Shown: positions 22,901-32,070 of the stretch, in pieces
How the letters are laid out: each line of letters begins with the position of its first letter
Position numbering within the stretch: the stretch's first letter is position 1
Assembly (NCBI GenBank): GCA_050290185.1
Contig: JBNKHE010000002.1
Span: 256,001-320,000, forward strand
DNA from: Pontiella sp.
GTDB taxonomy: Bacteria > Verrucomicrobiota > Kiritimatiellia > Kiritimatiellales > Pontiellaceae
Length of the DNA stretch: 64,000 nucleotides
Reading direction: 5' to 3'
Program-made: the position numbers and the translations under genes
The notes under the pieces: generated by a model
What the model was told of the DNA's origin: nothing
What the model saw: the letters and a program-made list of their open reading frames with translations, nothing else
Database searches by the model: none

Positions 22901-25900
22901 ATTGAAATAGCGATCCGATCCATAGGGATCCCAACCGATATACAGCGGCAGTGTATTCACGGTCAGCCCATTTGTATATGCGGTTTGAGCCTCCATCTGA
23001 CCGTCGAGGTACAACGTGAGGTTTTCTTCATCATAAGTCGCCGTTATGTGATGCCAGTTTGAATCCAGCACGCTGTTTGTTGACGCCGCTGTTCCCTTAA
23101 CCGCAGGCCAATTCTTGTTAATATTCATCTTAATATCGGCAGATATAGCAGTAAGGTTGGCCGCCAGAATATAGCCATTTCTCGGGGAGCTGCTCTGTAT
23201 CTTTGCCAGCAATCCGCTGGCGGGACTGGTTCCATCTGACTTGACCCAACATGCGATGCTGAATGGTCCATCGAGATTCAAATCATCCGCATGGGGAACC
23301 TGTATCTTAGCGTTCGACCCATTAAATACAGCAGCTCCACCAACAATCCCGTTCGTTTCATAGGTCAGGCCACCGAGCACAGTTCCGTCGTGTCCATTGC
23401 CCGATTGATCGGCAGCATCGCCGTTGAACGGATAGTAGGCAACCAACCCGGCATCCAGAGTGTTGGTTGTCGCTGGATTGCTTTCGCCATAAAGACTCTG
23501 TATTTCCTGGTCAGACAAGACGCGGTCATAGATGCGGATATCGTCAAGATCTCCATTCAGATAGTGTGTTCCGCCCGTCCATCGACCAAGATTAACATCA
23601 CTGATTGATGTCGCGGCAAGCGTTTTTCCAGTCACCGTGGCATTGGTCCCATTGAAATAGACTTTGGAATTGGCGCCATCGCTTACCGCAACCACATGAA
23701 CCCATTGGCCCGCCTGACTATCCATCTGAACCGATGAGGTTAAGCTCCCGGAACCATCGCCAAACGAAAGCCGCCCGTTTTCCACGCTAGAGGCATACAG
23801 CCGGAAATCATTGTGCCCGAAATAGAAATCGAACTCGCTTCTCGAAGCCTGCTTCACCCACATTGATACTGTTTTGAACCCGCCCATGTTTCCTAGGTCG
23901 ATGTAGCTTGAGGATCCATCGAAATGATAGGCGCTGTCGGCATTGCCGAAGCGGTCAGCCGTCAGCGTCGCACCATTGACCGTACCGTCATACCCGTTGC
24001 CGGATTCGTCGGTAGCATCGCCTTTGAACGGATAGTAGGCCACCAAGCCGACATCCAGGGAGTTCGTTTCGGCTCCGCCATCGCTACCCGTATCCGCCCC
24101 CTGGATTTCAAATTCCAGACCGGTGTTGCCGGCGTTGGAGATGACCATCGTGCGGGAGGTGGTTTCGCCGGCCACGACGAGGGTGTTGGTCAGGCTGGCG
24201 GGGGTGAGCACGATCTGCGATCCAAGTACATTGAACACCGTACTGGCTCCTTCAACACCGCCGGCACTTGCAGTCAGCGTCACATCGTTGCCAAGGCTGC
24301 TGAACGATACATCGTCGCTTGCCACGCCGTTGACCATATTGGTCAGGCTGGCAGGGCTGACAGCAACTGGGCCTCGATCCCCGGAAGCAGAGAGAGCTAC
24401 CGCCCCGGAGAACGTATCGAGCAAAATGTCGTCCACCGTTCTAGCGGAAACCGTGATGGAAGCCGAACCGAACAAGGCTACATTGGTAGCACCTTCCACC
24501 AGCAAGTGGTGCGGATCATTGTCCACAATGGATATGTTGCTGGAATCCGGAACATACCCTGGGGCTTGGGCTAGTACAGATATGGTTTTCGTGCCATCGG
24601 CATCCGTATCGTCAACCACGGAAATATTGAAGGCCACCTGGTTGGTTCCGGCGGGAATCGTAACGGAACCGGGCACAACCAGCTCGCTGGAATCGGAATT
24701 ATTCAAGACCACATGAATATCGGAGAGGGAAGCCGCAGATAGCGAGAGCACCCCTCCATTGGTGATCACTCCGTCGCCCTCCCTCAGGGATGCGGGTAGT
24801 TGCAGGCCGAGCGCGGTGGTTTCGTTGTCGAACACAAAGACGGAAGCCGTGCCGTTTTTCCAGTTTTTCACATGCGTCTTGATGGTTGCGGTCTGAACGC
24901 CATCGATAATATGGTCATCCAGTACAGGAAGCGAGAAAGACGCGAAAGTCTGCCCGGCGGGAATGACCACACTACCGCTGCCGATTTCATTCGTATTATT
25001 GGAGATCAGTTCCACCGTCACATCCACATCGGGAGCATGGTCGGATAGAATCGCTCCCGAAATCGAGCCGGCCCCTTCGGCTGTCGTCGAGGGAAGCGAT
25101 ACCGTCAAGGTGGCCGACTCGTTGTCATGGATAAGAATGGAAGCCGATCCCGATACATAATTACTCGCCGATACAAAAACCGTTGCCGACGAAGAGCCAT
25201 CGAGAAGACTGTCGTCGAAAGCCTCTATATCGAATGCTACATTGGTCTCGCCGGCGGGCAGGATCACGCTCGTTGGCACCACAATGTCGTTGGTGGAATC
25301 CGTCTCCAGCAGGATGGGCGCGTCTACTACGTTCGGGAAGTTCGCTATGATCTGGGCAGACAACGCCGTTTCCCCCTCGGAGACCGCTTCCGGCAATATC
25401 AGGGAAAGAGTAAGTGGATGGACATCAAAAGCTGTGCTGTCGCCTGTAACACCCGCTGCATCGGTTGCACGGAGGAACACGTCTTCCAGAGGTGCTCCGG
25501 CTACCGCCGTGCCGCTCCATTCGCCGGAAACCACATTGACCGTTTGAGTCGGAATCGCATCAACCAGAGCCGGACCATCCGGTAGAACCCGAATATCATC
25601 AAACCACACCTTACGCTTGTTATAATTAAACAACGCAATCCGACTGACAGAATCTGCACTGGAACTGAAGCTTGCTCCTCCGCGATAAGCCCCGTCCAAA
25701 TACACCGAAACCCGGCGGGTTGCCCAGTTGAGCTTTAGCTTAACCTTGTACCAATGGTTCCACAAATAAGGATAAGTGACAGACCAGCCATTGATCCTCA
25801 GGTATAAAGAGTCCATGTAAAAGGAGGCTATGTACCCGCCCTGTCCATCGCGAAGCTGAAAATAAGCAGACCCTCCAGGGTTATCAGCCCGCATATAGAA

Positions 25901-27802
25901 CTCCACCTCGCCCGGTTGTCCATACGGCAGGTCGTGGTAATAGTATTTCTCCGAGTTATTGTCATACCCTTGGAGCAACAGGCATTGATCCCCCATGGCA
26001 CTGATATTGTTCGTGATAATAAACGACTGGGTAGTGCCCGGAGTCGAAGACCAGCCCTCGCTGCCGCCATCTTCAAAATTATCCTCAAATACAGGATATT
26101 GTAGCCCGGTAATATCAACCGCATTGGAATAGCTTGGGACCAGAACCCCATTTACATCTACGGCCCGGACCGCGACATTAAACGGGATAGCCATGGGCTG
26201 GTTGGTGCTGGAGAGAGTCCATTCGAAATGGTCTGCAGGGCCATGTTCCCAGGTCGTGAACTGCCAGACAGGGCCCGTTGCGACCCCTATTACGTTACTG
26301 GCAACAACCTGCCAATAATAGGTCTCATCCACATCAAATATTCCAGGATCGTAAACGGTATTGGTCAACCCGGAAGCAACCTCAACCAGATCAGAGGCGT
26401 TCGTTCCGATATAGACGCTATAGCGCGAGGCGGAATCCCAAGGCCCGGGATCATCCCCGCCATTGGTGTGTTCCCACTCCATGGGAGTTGCCGCATTAAC
26501 ATTGACGGCCGTGTTCATCGGAGTCGGGTTCATTGGTGTATCGGGAGCATCCGGCACCGGATAGACCGTCAGTTCAACCTGCCGTTCCTCCTGAATACCG
26601 GATTCGACTTCCACAAATTGTACGGTGCCGGTATAGACTCCGGCTGAAAGGGACAACGCGTTTGAATTGACGGTAACCTGAGCGATCGTAGTCGCCCCGC
26701 CGGAAATCTCCGCTGTGCTCGGAGCCGTCGAAAGCCAGCTTTGGTCAGCAGATGAGTTCCATACAATCGCTTCGTTCCTCAGGTTGTATAAGGCATAGTT
26801 TATGTTTGTCGATTGGTATTCGTACCCTTCATACGCCTCTAGCGTCATCATTTCAAAAGGTGATACACTTAGAGGCCCGACACTCAACGAGGAAAGAGGG
26901 ATACTCTGCACTGCAAGTCCATTGGTCGCTACAGTGGATTCGGTAAAAGTCAGAACATCGTCATCATCGATAAATATTTTGTCGGGCGAATGATCAAGGA
27001 CAATACCGTCTGACAGCGCAGTAGTTGTTGCATATGCATTCAGAGTGCTTCCCTTCAGCAGAATGGAATTTCTTCCGCCATAAAATACCAAATCCGTGAT
27101 TCCGTTTCCAAACGTCCCGAAATGGATCAGGTTCGTGGTGTAATAAATGTTGCCCGAGCTGTCGGCTACGAGGTGTTCATCCGGGAACATCCAGGTTTTT
27201 GCAGCCCTGGCATAGGTTCCATGATAGGGACTGTTACCGCCGGATATAAAGGTTCCGTCATCCCTGTAGTCGAGATACGTAATATCGGCAGGAGAAATGC
27301 CCGATGTCCGCCCCACCAATCTGTTCGCGGAAGGAGCGATCGAAGCGCCAACGAGGGCATTAATGCTGCTGCTGTAATTAGCAACAACCGTGTTGGAATT
27401 CTTGTCAACGCTGGTGAAACGCCCATATTGGCTATTCAGGAACAGGATATTTCCATCCACTAGGATTTGACTGGTGCTCTGCTCGGTGTCTGCTATATGG
27501 ATTTCATTACTTCCACCCAGATCATACCGATACGCTTCGGTCCCGTACGCGGCATAAATCCCATCAGAATCGATCGACCCTGCAGTCAACGTACCATGGG
27601 TTGATGATAAATTTATTGCAAAAAGCCATTGTCTGCTCGCAAGATTGTATTGCTCGATTCTCGACGGCGAATCCATGAAGAAACTCACGACAGAATCATT
27701 TTGTACGGACTGCACAAGACCGGCCTCAACAATCGACCCAATGGTACACAATGTTGAAATCACCAATATCTGTGATCTTCTAAAAAAAACAAAACGCTTC
27801 AC
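19961..27802 (-). CDS. Giant secreted protein (2613 aa): Ig/Calx-beta-like domains, five tandem LamG domains, TSP3-like motifs, C-terminal putative sorting domain
   Basis: GTG start with GGGG RBS; repeated LVA-x-YPF-x-G-x-A-x-D-x-SGNG...W-x-H...DD-x-RIY-x-R-x-L; ends GFYKVEVEMQ. Confidence 0.85.
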   Translation of the reverse strand: MKRFVFFRRSQILVISTLCTIGSIVEAGLVQSVQNDSVVSFFMDSPSRIEQYNLASRQWLFAINLSSTHGTLTAGSIDSDGIYAAYGTEAYRYDLGGSNEIHIADTEQSTSQILVDGNILFLNSQYGRFTSVDKNSNTVVANYSSSINALVGASIAPSANRLVGRTSGISPADITYLDYRDDGTFISGGNSPYHGTYARAAKTWMFPDEHLVADSSGNIYYTTNLIHFGTFGNGITDLVFYGGRNSILLKGSTLNAYATTTALSDGIVLDHSPDKIFIDDDDVLTFTESTVATNGLAVQSIPLSSLSVGPLSVSPFEMMTLEAYEGYEYQSTNINYALYNLRNEAIVWNSSADQSWLSTAPSTAEISGGATTIAQVTVNSNALSLSAGVYTGTVQFVEVESGIQEERQVELTVYPVPDAPDTPMNPTPMNTAVNVNAATPMEWEHTNGGDDPGPWDSASRYSVYIGTNASDLVEVASGLTNTVYDPGIFDVDETYYWQVVASNVIGVATGPVWQFTTWEHGPADHFEWTLSSTNQPMAIPFNVAVRAVDVNGVLVPSYSNAVDITGLQYPVFEDNFEDGGSEGWSSTPGTTQSFIITNNISAMGDQCLLLQGYDNNSEKYYYHDLPYGQPGEVEFYMRADNPGGSAYFQLRDGQGGYIASFYMDSLYLRINGWSVTYPYLWNHWYKVKLKLNWATRRVSVYLDGAYRGGASFSSSADSVSRIALFNYNKRKVWFDDIRVLPDGPALVDAIPTQTVNVVSGEWSGTAVAGAPLEDVFLRATDAAGVTGDSTAFDVHPLTLSLILPEAVSEGETALSAQIIANFPNVVDAPILLETDSTNDIVVPTSVILPAGETNVAFDIEAFDDSLLDGSSSATVFVSASNYVSGSASILIHDNESATLTVSLPSTTAEGAGSISGAILSDHAPDVDVTVELISNNTNEIGSGSVVIPAGQTFASFSLPVLDDHIIDGVQTATIKTHVKNWKNGTASVFVFDNETTALGLQLPASLREGDGVITNGGVLSLSAASLSDIHVVLNNSDSSELVVPGSVTIPAGTNQVAFNISVVDDTDADGTKTISVLAQAPGYVPDSSNISIVDNDPHHLLVEGATNVALFGSASITVSARTVDDILLDTFSGAVALSASGDRGPVAVSPASLTNMVNGVASDDVSFSSLGNDVTLTASAGGVEGASTVFNVLGSQIVLTPASLTNTLVVAGETTSRTMVISNAGNTGLEFEIQGADTGSDGGAETNSLDVGLVAYYPFKGDATDESGNGYDGTVNGATLTADRFGNADSAYHFDGSSSYIDLGNMGGFKTVSMWVKQASRSEFDFYFGHNDFRLYASSVENGRLSFGDGSGSLTSSVQMDSQAGQWVHVVAVSDGANSKVYFNGTNATVTGKTLAATSISDVNLGRWTGGTHYLNGDLDDIRIYDRVLSDQEIQSLYGESNPATTNTLDAGLVAYYPFNGDAADQSGNGHDGTVLGGLTYETNGIVGGAAVFNGSNAKIQVPHADDLNLDGPFSIACWVKSDGTSPASGLLAKIQSSSPRNGYILAANLTAISADIKMNINKNWPAVKGTAASTNSVLDSNWHHITATYDEENLTLYLDGQMEAQTAYTNGLTVNTLPLYIGWDPYGSDRYFNGQMDEVRIYNRVLSESEIQELVNESIPAVTNDLDAGLVASYPFNGNAIDETGNGNDGTVYGATLTEDRFGNPDSAYLLDGNDYLILEDQPAVVIGTNDFTYSMWVKTASSSTQMLCQRYKVGDGPYWLRINDSQKTSFTTYDSQYGHLWNQQNVIGLSDGGWHMISCLRQGSTTKVFVDGQLVSTASGMIRNIVNDPGIIYIGVQINNGTLINYFTGVVDDIHIYDHALSDQDILDLYNEPDPADTNDLDAGLVASYPFNGDAADASGNGYDGTVVDATLITNRFGDVDSAYYFDGVNDRIDLPSAVLNVERTNSYSQSFWIKTTATDTGNNIIAKMQSSGAYRGLMIGINAGILRMQWISDQNSSNKIRVDGTTSLRDDQWHHIAVIYDGSSTAAGISVYVDGNPESMSVYADSLTGTILNSVTPTIGSRNNTYYYTGAIDDIRIYSRALSESEVQALYADTGTSGSGGSGATVTPAAAAYAFDGDATDSSGNGADGIVEGATLTDDRDGNPDSAYAFDEGTYIRTTASTGSVDIVDQISMSGWINPSQFATKAGGSGSMRTIMRKLSALSFYGYAFTITTDGRLAFDSGLSITANTHVTASGMDPLPTNAWSHVAMTYDGSQVLFYVNGVLADTKSYSQPLQSGPAATLCIGRRSYESTSDYFYGSMDELGLYDSVLSAAAIAALYLGIDVSDGSWVGTDATAGVIPPGGNQTVTVTFDASGMTAGPFVPGFLTLLSNDPTAPSNTIPLSMLVLPPAPEMDAEPAFTYGSSNMVSWSAVAGPVQYEVEVAESTNSSALQQSGWIGAPNHTFGTLATNVTYYYRARASITHASTVYAGPWSDWVWSTQMPELVDADSDHDGIPDWWEALYFGGSTNASASADSDGDGQSDYDEFISGMNPTNAASYFMINDASIPTNSQFIIYWDAVTGRVYSVHWKPSLTNDFTPMATNMVYPQGSYTDTVHQTEENGFYKVEVEMQ

Positions 27803-28045
27803 GACGCCCCCCTAAATAAACAACGATTAACAACACCACAGAAAGCTTAGCTTCGGTTACATATCCAGAACCGAAATACAAACGGCAAACAGCGACACTC
27901 CCAGTAAACCATTCTTTTTCAACTTCGTGTCCCCTTTGAGCTAAATAGCCGATTGAAATCACAGGGAAAACGATATTGCAAAATGATGCAATGTCTTATG
28001 CCTCTTGCTGTATTGGTTTTTTTAGTAATATTTACTAGAAATGCG

Positions 28046-28076
28046 CCACATTCCACGAATGGAGCACGGCGCATTT
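28046..28076. terminator. Hairpin downstream of the ankyrin gene, possible terminator (coordinates approximate)
   Basis: AAATGCGCC...GGCGCATTT inverted repeat spanning about 28039-28076. Confidence 0.35.
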
Positions 28077-28108
28077 GCTCTGATGAGGAGGGATATAACT
28101 AGCGCACG

Positions 28109-29422
28109 TCAGCCATCTTTTACATCGTTCAGCAACGATCCCTTGCCTTGCGACTTGATGAGCTTCCTCGGCGTGACGCCGGCATCGTTGGCCACATCCA
28201 GATCTGCTCCGGACTGAACGAGACGGATAACGATCTCATCCTGACCTTCCATCAGCGCCATATGCAGATAGGTATTGCCCTGTTGGTCCACTTTATTGAC
28301 ATCCGCGCCATGCTGAAGCAAATAGTCAACCGCCTTGGTTTGGTTCTTCACAATGGCGCAAGTGAGAGCCGTCTGGGATCGCTTGTTTTCCAGATCCACG
28401 TGTGCATTGGACTGAAGCAGTACGGCAAGCACTGAAAGCGAGCCATTCATTGCCGCAACATGCAACGGGGTCCATCCCTGCATGGAAACAGGCGAAACTT
28501 CCTCCCCAGCCGTAATCAAAGCCTTCGCCGCCACGCAATCATCGTTACTGGCGGCATGATGAAGCGGTGTTTCCCCGATCTGGTCGGCCAGGTTGGGATC
28601 GGCACCATGCATGAGCAGCAGATCCACCCCGCTGCATCCGTTTTTTACCGCCATCAGCAATGGGGTATCGCCCGCGTTGTTTCGGACGTTCATGCGCGCT
28701 CCATACTGAATAAGTAGACGCGCGGACTCCAGCGACTTTTTTTGTATCGCCCAATGCAGCGGAGTCATGCCCTGAATATCCTGAAGCTGGGCATCTGCGC
28801 CCGAAAGCAAAAGATGCTCAACGATTTCCGGATTCTCTATGGCTTGGATCAACGGGGTATGCTGCGCCCGGTCGGGCTGGTTTACTGAAGCTCTATTGGA
28901 AATCAGACATTTAACCATATCAAGCCGCCCAGCTCGAATCGCCAGCATCAACGGGGTCAAACCCTCCCGGTTTTTGTCATCGATCCCCTCGGAATCCCCC
29001 GCTAACCGTTCTTCCAATCCAAGAACTGTTCCGCCTTCAATGAGGTCAAAAATCGAAGGGTTTCGGGTCTGATATACACCGAATGCAATCCCGAGGCCTA
29101 CCACTGCAAGCAGCAACCCACCGAAAGAAATGAATCCGGCAGAAAACGGAATCGTTGCGCTGGGCTGAACAGGAGAAGGAACCCGAGCGGCATTCTGCCG
29201 CTCTTGCATCTCGTCCGAGGACCGGCGGACGAAGAAGTATGCGACCAACAGTCCGCACCACGCGATTCCACCCATCCATACTAAAGTATTCACCAAGATG
29301 CAAAACGGTAGCCCTTCGCTATCGTTGCATGTTGCCAGATCGGCAATGGTCAGCATGATCTCCACAATGCCCAACAACCATAAGCCGGTTACAAGATTGC
29401 TTCTGAGGATCTGATTTAGCAT
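28109..29422 (-). CDS. Membrane-anchored ankyrin-repeat protein
   Basis: Three hydrophobic N-terminal segments followed by about 8 G-x-TPLH/TPL ankyrin repeats. Confidence 0.88.
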   Translation of the reverse strand: MLNQILRSNLVTGLWLLGIVEIMLTIADLATCNDSEGLPFCILVNTLVWMGGIAWCGLLVAYFFVRRSSDEMQERQNAARVPSPVQPSATIPFSAGFISFGGLLLAVVGLGIAFGVYQTRNPSIFDLIEGGTVLGLEERLAGDSEGIDDKNREGLTPLMLAIRAGRLDMVKCLISNRASVNQPDRAQHTPLIQAIENPEIVEHLLLSGADAQLQDIQGMTPLHWAIQKKSLESARLLIQYGARMNVRNNAGDTPLLMAVKNGCSGVDLLLMHGADPNLADQIGETPLHHAASNDDCVAAKALITAGEEVSPVSMQGWTPLHVAAMNGSLSVLAVLLQSNAHVDLENKRSQTALTCAIVKNQTKAVDYLLQHGADVNKVDQQGNTYLHMALMEGQDEIVIRLVQSGADLDVANDAGVTPRKLIKSQGKGSLLNDVKDG

Positions 29423-29931
29423 TCGCGCATCCCACCCCTATAATACATTGTAGGTGGACTGCTCCAGAACAACTACTCTCCAGACCAGCCAACTGAACTA
29501 AGTTATTATAACATTCTGACAAACATCAGTACTGTCTTAACTAACTGCATGCTAGCCCCGAAACCTGGGAACCAATACCCTTGGGACTCGCCGTGTAAAA
29601 CAGTCTGAAAACTTAGCAGATATCACACCAATCTCTTGATAATTATGAATACGATTATAATAATTATCCCGATCTGTACTACAACCATTTACAGATAAAC
29701 ATGATACGTACTGCTCCGTGCGTGCTTGCCGCCCCCTCAGATTCGACAAGTGATGGCATATCCGCCTTTCTTTGTTACAAACATGAAGAAGTAGCAGGGC
29801 AGGCTGCAACAATATCGTCGTCATACGCTTTCCTGCCTGGCAATTCTCCAACTTATCTCTTGCGTTTTGGACGCTGATTCCCATTATTTGCGCTTCATTT
29901 TCAACCACTTGAACCGAAAGGAATTAACATC

Positions 29932-31158
29932 ATGGCTGTTAAGAAAGTTGCCCTGCTTACCGCCGGCGGACTGGCTCCGTGCCTCTCCACCGCTGTTGGA
30001 CGTCTCATCGAGCGCTACACCGAAGTATCCCCCGAAACCGAAATCATCGCCTATGTCGGCGGCTACAAAGGCCTGCTGAAGGGCGAGTCCATCGTCGTCA
30101 CCGACGAAATCCGAAAGAATGCAGCGATCCTCTACAAGCACGGCGGCAGCCCCATCGGCAACAGCCGTGTCAAGCTCACCAACGTAAAGGACTGCGAAAA
30201 GCGCGGCCTCGTCGAGCCCGGCGAAAACCCGCTGGAAGTCGCGGCCAACCAGCTTGTCAAGGACGGCGTTGACGTACTCCACACCATCGGGGGCGACGAC
30301 ACCAACACCACCGCCGCCGACCTTGCGGCCTTCCTCGCTGAAAACGACTACAGCCTCATTGTGGTCGGCCTGCCGAAGACCATCGACAACGACGTCTTCC
30401 CGATCAAGCAGAGCCTCGGGGCATGGACCGCCGCCGAAGAGGGTGCCAAGTATTTTGAAAACGTCGTGGCCGAACACAACGCCAATCCGCGTATGCTCAT
30501 CATCCACGAAGTCATGGGCCGCAACTGCGGCTGGCTGACCGCCTACACCGCCAAGGTCTACCACGAAAACCTCGAAGAGCTCGACTTCCTCCCGCACATC
30601 GGACTTTCCCAGGAGCGCAAGGATGTCCACGCCATCTTCGTACCGGAAATGGAAATCGACATTGCCGTCGAGGCCGAACGTCTCAAGAAGGTCATGGACG
30701 AAGTCGACAACGTAAACATCTTCATTTCCGAAGGCGCCGGCGTTGAATCGATCGTCAAGGAAATGGAAGCCGCCGGCGAAACCGTCCCGCGCGATGCCTT
30801 CGGCCACGTCAAGCTCGACGCCGTCAATCCGGGTGCCTGGTTCGGCAAGCAGTTTGCCAAACTGCTCGGCGCCGAAAAGGTGCTCATCCAGAAGTCGGGT
30901 TACTTTGCCCGCGCCGCTGCCTCCAACGAAGCCGACCTCAAGCTCATCAAGGAATGCTGCGACGTGGCGGTTGATTCCGCCATCGCCGGCATTGGCGGCG
31001 TGGTCGGCCATGACGAAGACAAGAACGACGAACTCCGCGCCTGCGAATTCCCGCGCATCGCCGGCGGCAAGCCGTTCAACATCGACGAACCATGGTTTGG
31101 CGAACTCCTCGCCGACATCGGCCAGGCCAAAGGCGCCAAGGTTGACGTTGCACATTAA
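29932..31158 (+). CDS. pfp: Pyrophosphate-dependent phosphofructokinase
   Basis: LTAGGLAPC, GGDD (Asp diagnostic of PPi use), PKTIDND, EVMGR; strongly biased codon usage. Confidence 0.93.
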   Translation: MAVKKVALLTAGGLAPCLSTAVGRLIERYTEVSPETEIIAYVGGYKGLLKGESIVVTDEIRKNAAILYKHGGSPIGNSRVKLTNVKDCEKRGLVEPGENPLEVAANQLVKDGVDVLHTIGGDDTNTTAADLAAFLAENDYSLIVVGLPKTIDNDVFPIKQSLGAWTAAEEGAKYFENVVAEHNANPRMLIIHEVMGRNCGWLTAYTAKVYHENLEELDFLPHIGLSQERKDVHAIFVPEMEIDIAVEAERLKKVMDEVDNVNIFISEGAGVESIVKEMEAAGETVPRDAFGHVKLDAVNPGAWFGKQFAKLLGAEKVLIQKSGYFARAAASNEADLKLIKECCDVAVDSAIAGIGGVVGHDEDKNDELRACEFPRIAGGKPFNIDEPWFGELLADIGQAKGAKVDVAH

Positions 31159-31208
31159 ACATGAAGCGTGATCCATGGAAATCACGCCTCACTTTTCACC
31201 TATCATAG

Positions 31209-31238
31209 GGCAGGCTTTCGGGCCTGCCTTTTTCTTTA
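31209..31238 (+). terminator. Intrinsic terminator after pfp
   Basis: GGCAGGC-TTTCGG-GCCTGCC followed by TTTTTCTTT. Confidence 0.85.
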
Positions 31239-31350
31239 GATGCTGTCTAATGTTTCGCCTATGCGGCTTCCGGCTTTGGAAATCGGAGTGGCTCCATATA
31301 CTTTCGTCATACGTGTTTTTGAATGGAACTGAAAACCAAGGAGAAACATC

Positions 31351-31926
31351 ATGCCATCGATCAAGGGAACCGAAACCGAAAAGAATCTTCTGAAGGCCTT
31401 TGCTGGCGAATCGCAGGCCCGCAACCGCTACACCTACTTTGCCGGCGTGGCCCGCAAGGAAGGCCTCGTGCAGATGGCCGACATCTTCGAGGAAACCGCC
31501 AACCAGGAAAAGGAACATGCCAAGCGCTTCTTCAAGTTTCTTGAAGGCGGCGATCTGGAAATCACCGCTTGCTATCCCGCCGGCAAGGTCGGCACCACCA
31601 CCGAAAACCTCGAAGCCGCCGCGGCGGGCGAACACGAAGAGTGGACATCCCTTTACCCTGGTTTCGCTGCCAAGGCGCGTGAAGAAGGCTTCGTAGCCGT
31701 AGCCATGGTATTCGAAAAAATATGCATCGCCGAAAAGCAGCATGAAAAGCGCTACCGCGACCTGCTGAAAAACCTGAACGAAGGCAAGGTCTTCAAGAAG
31801 GACGGCAAGGTCATGTGGCGTTGCCGCAACTGCGGATATCTGCACGAAGGCGATGAAGCCCCGCAAATGTGCCCCGCCTGCGCCCATCCACAGGCCCACT
31901 TCGAAGTGCTCGGCGAAAATTGGTAG
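31351..31926 (+). CDS. rbr: Rubrerythrin
   Basis: AFAGESQARNRY, diiron E-x-x-H motifs, C-terminal CRNCG...CPACAHP rubredoxin site. Confidence 0.96.
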   Translation: MPSIKGTETEKNLLKAFAGESQARNRYTYFAGVARKEGLVQMADIFEETANQEKEHAKRFFKFLEGGDLEITACYPAGKVGTTTENLEAAAAGEHEEWTSLYPGFAAKAREEGFVAVAMVFEKICIAEKQHEKRYRDLLKNLNEGKVFKKDGKVMWRCRNCGYLHEGDEAPQMCPACAHPQAHFEVLGENW

Positions 31927-32012
31927 GAATAAATCCTCCACCCGCTACGGTGAACCATGCCTGAAAGGCATTATTTACTGCGTAAATTATCATTCACGAT
32001 GTTCATGGGAGG

Positions 32013-32054
32013 TCACGGAGTACACAGAGGATTTCCCTCCGTGTTTCTCTGTGA
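32013..32054. repeat. Intergenic palindromic repeat (~9-nt subunit family)
   Basis: TCACGGAGTACACAGAGG-ATTTC-CCTCCGTGTTTCTCTGTGA between convergent rbr and the aminopeptidase gene. Confidence 0.7.
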
Positions 32055-32070
32055 TAACAATCCTTACCCG

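Noticed and set aside
27803..28030. Leader of the giant gene as a possible c-di-GMP riboswitch
   Set aside because: Only a small hairpin (TTCGGTT...AACCGAA); I could not find the GEMM consensus.
29552..29908. 118-aa ORF in the ankyrin/pfp spacer
   Set aside because: AT-rich promoter-like region, atypical composition, no motif or RBS.
29884..31185. 433-aa minus-strand ORF
   Set aside because: Antisense shadow of the highly codon-biased pfp.
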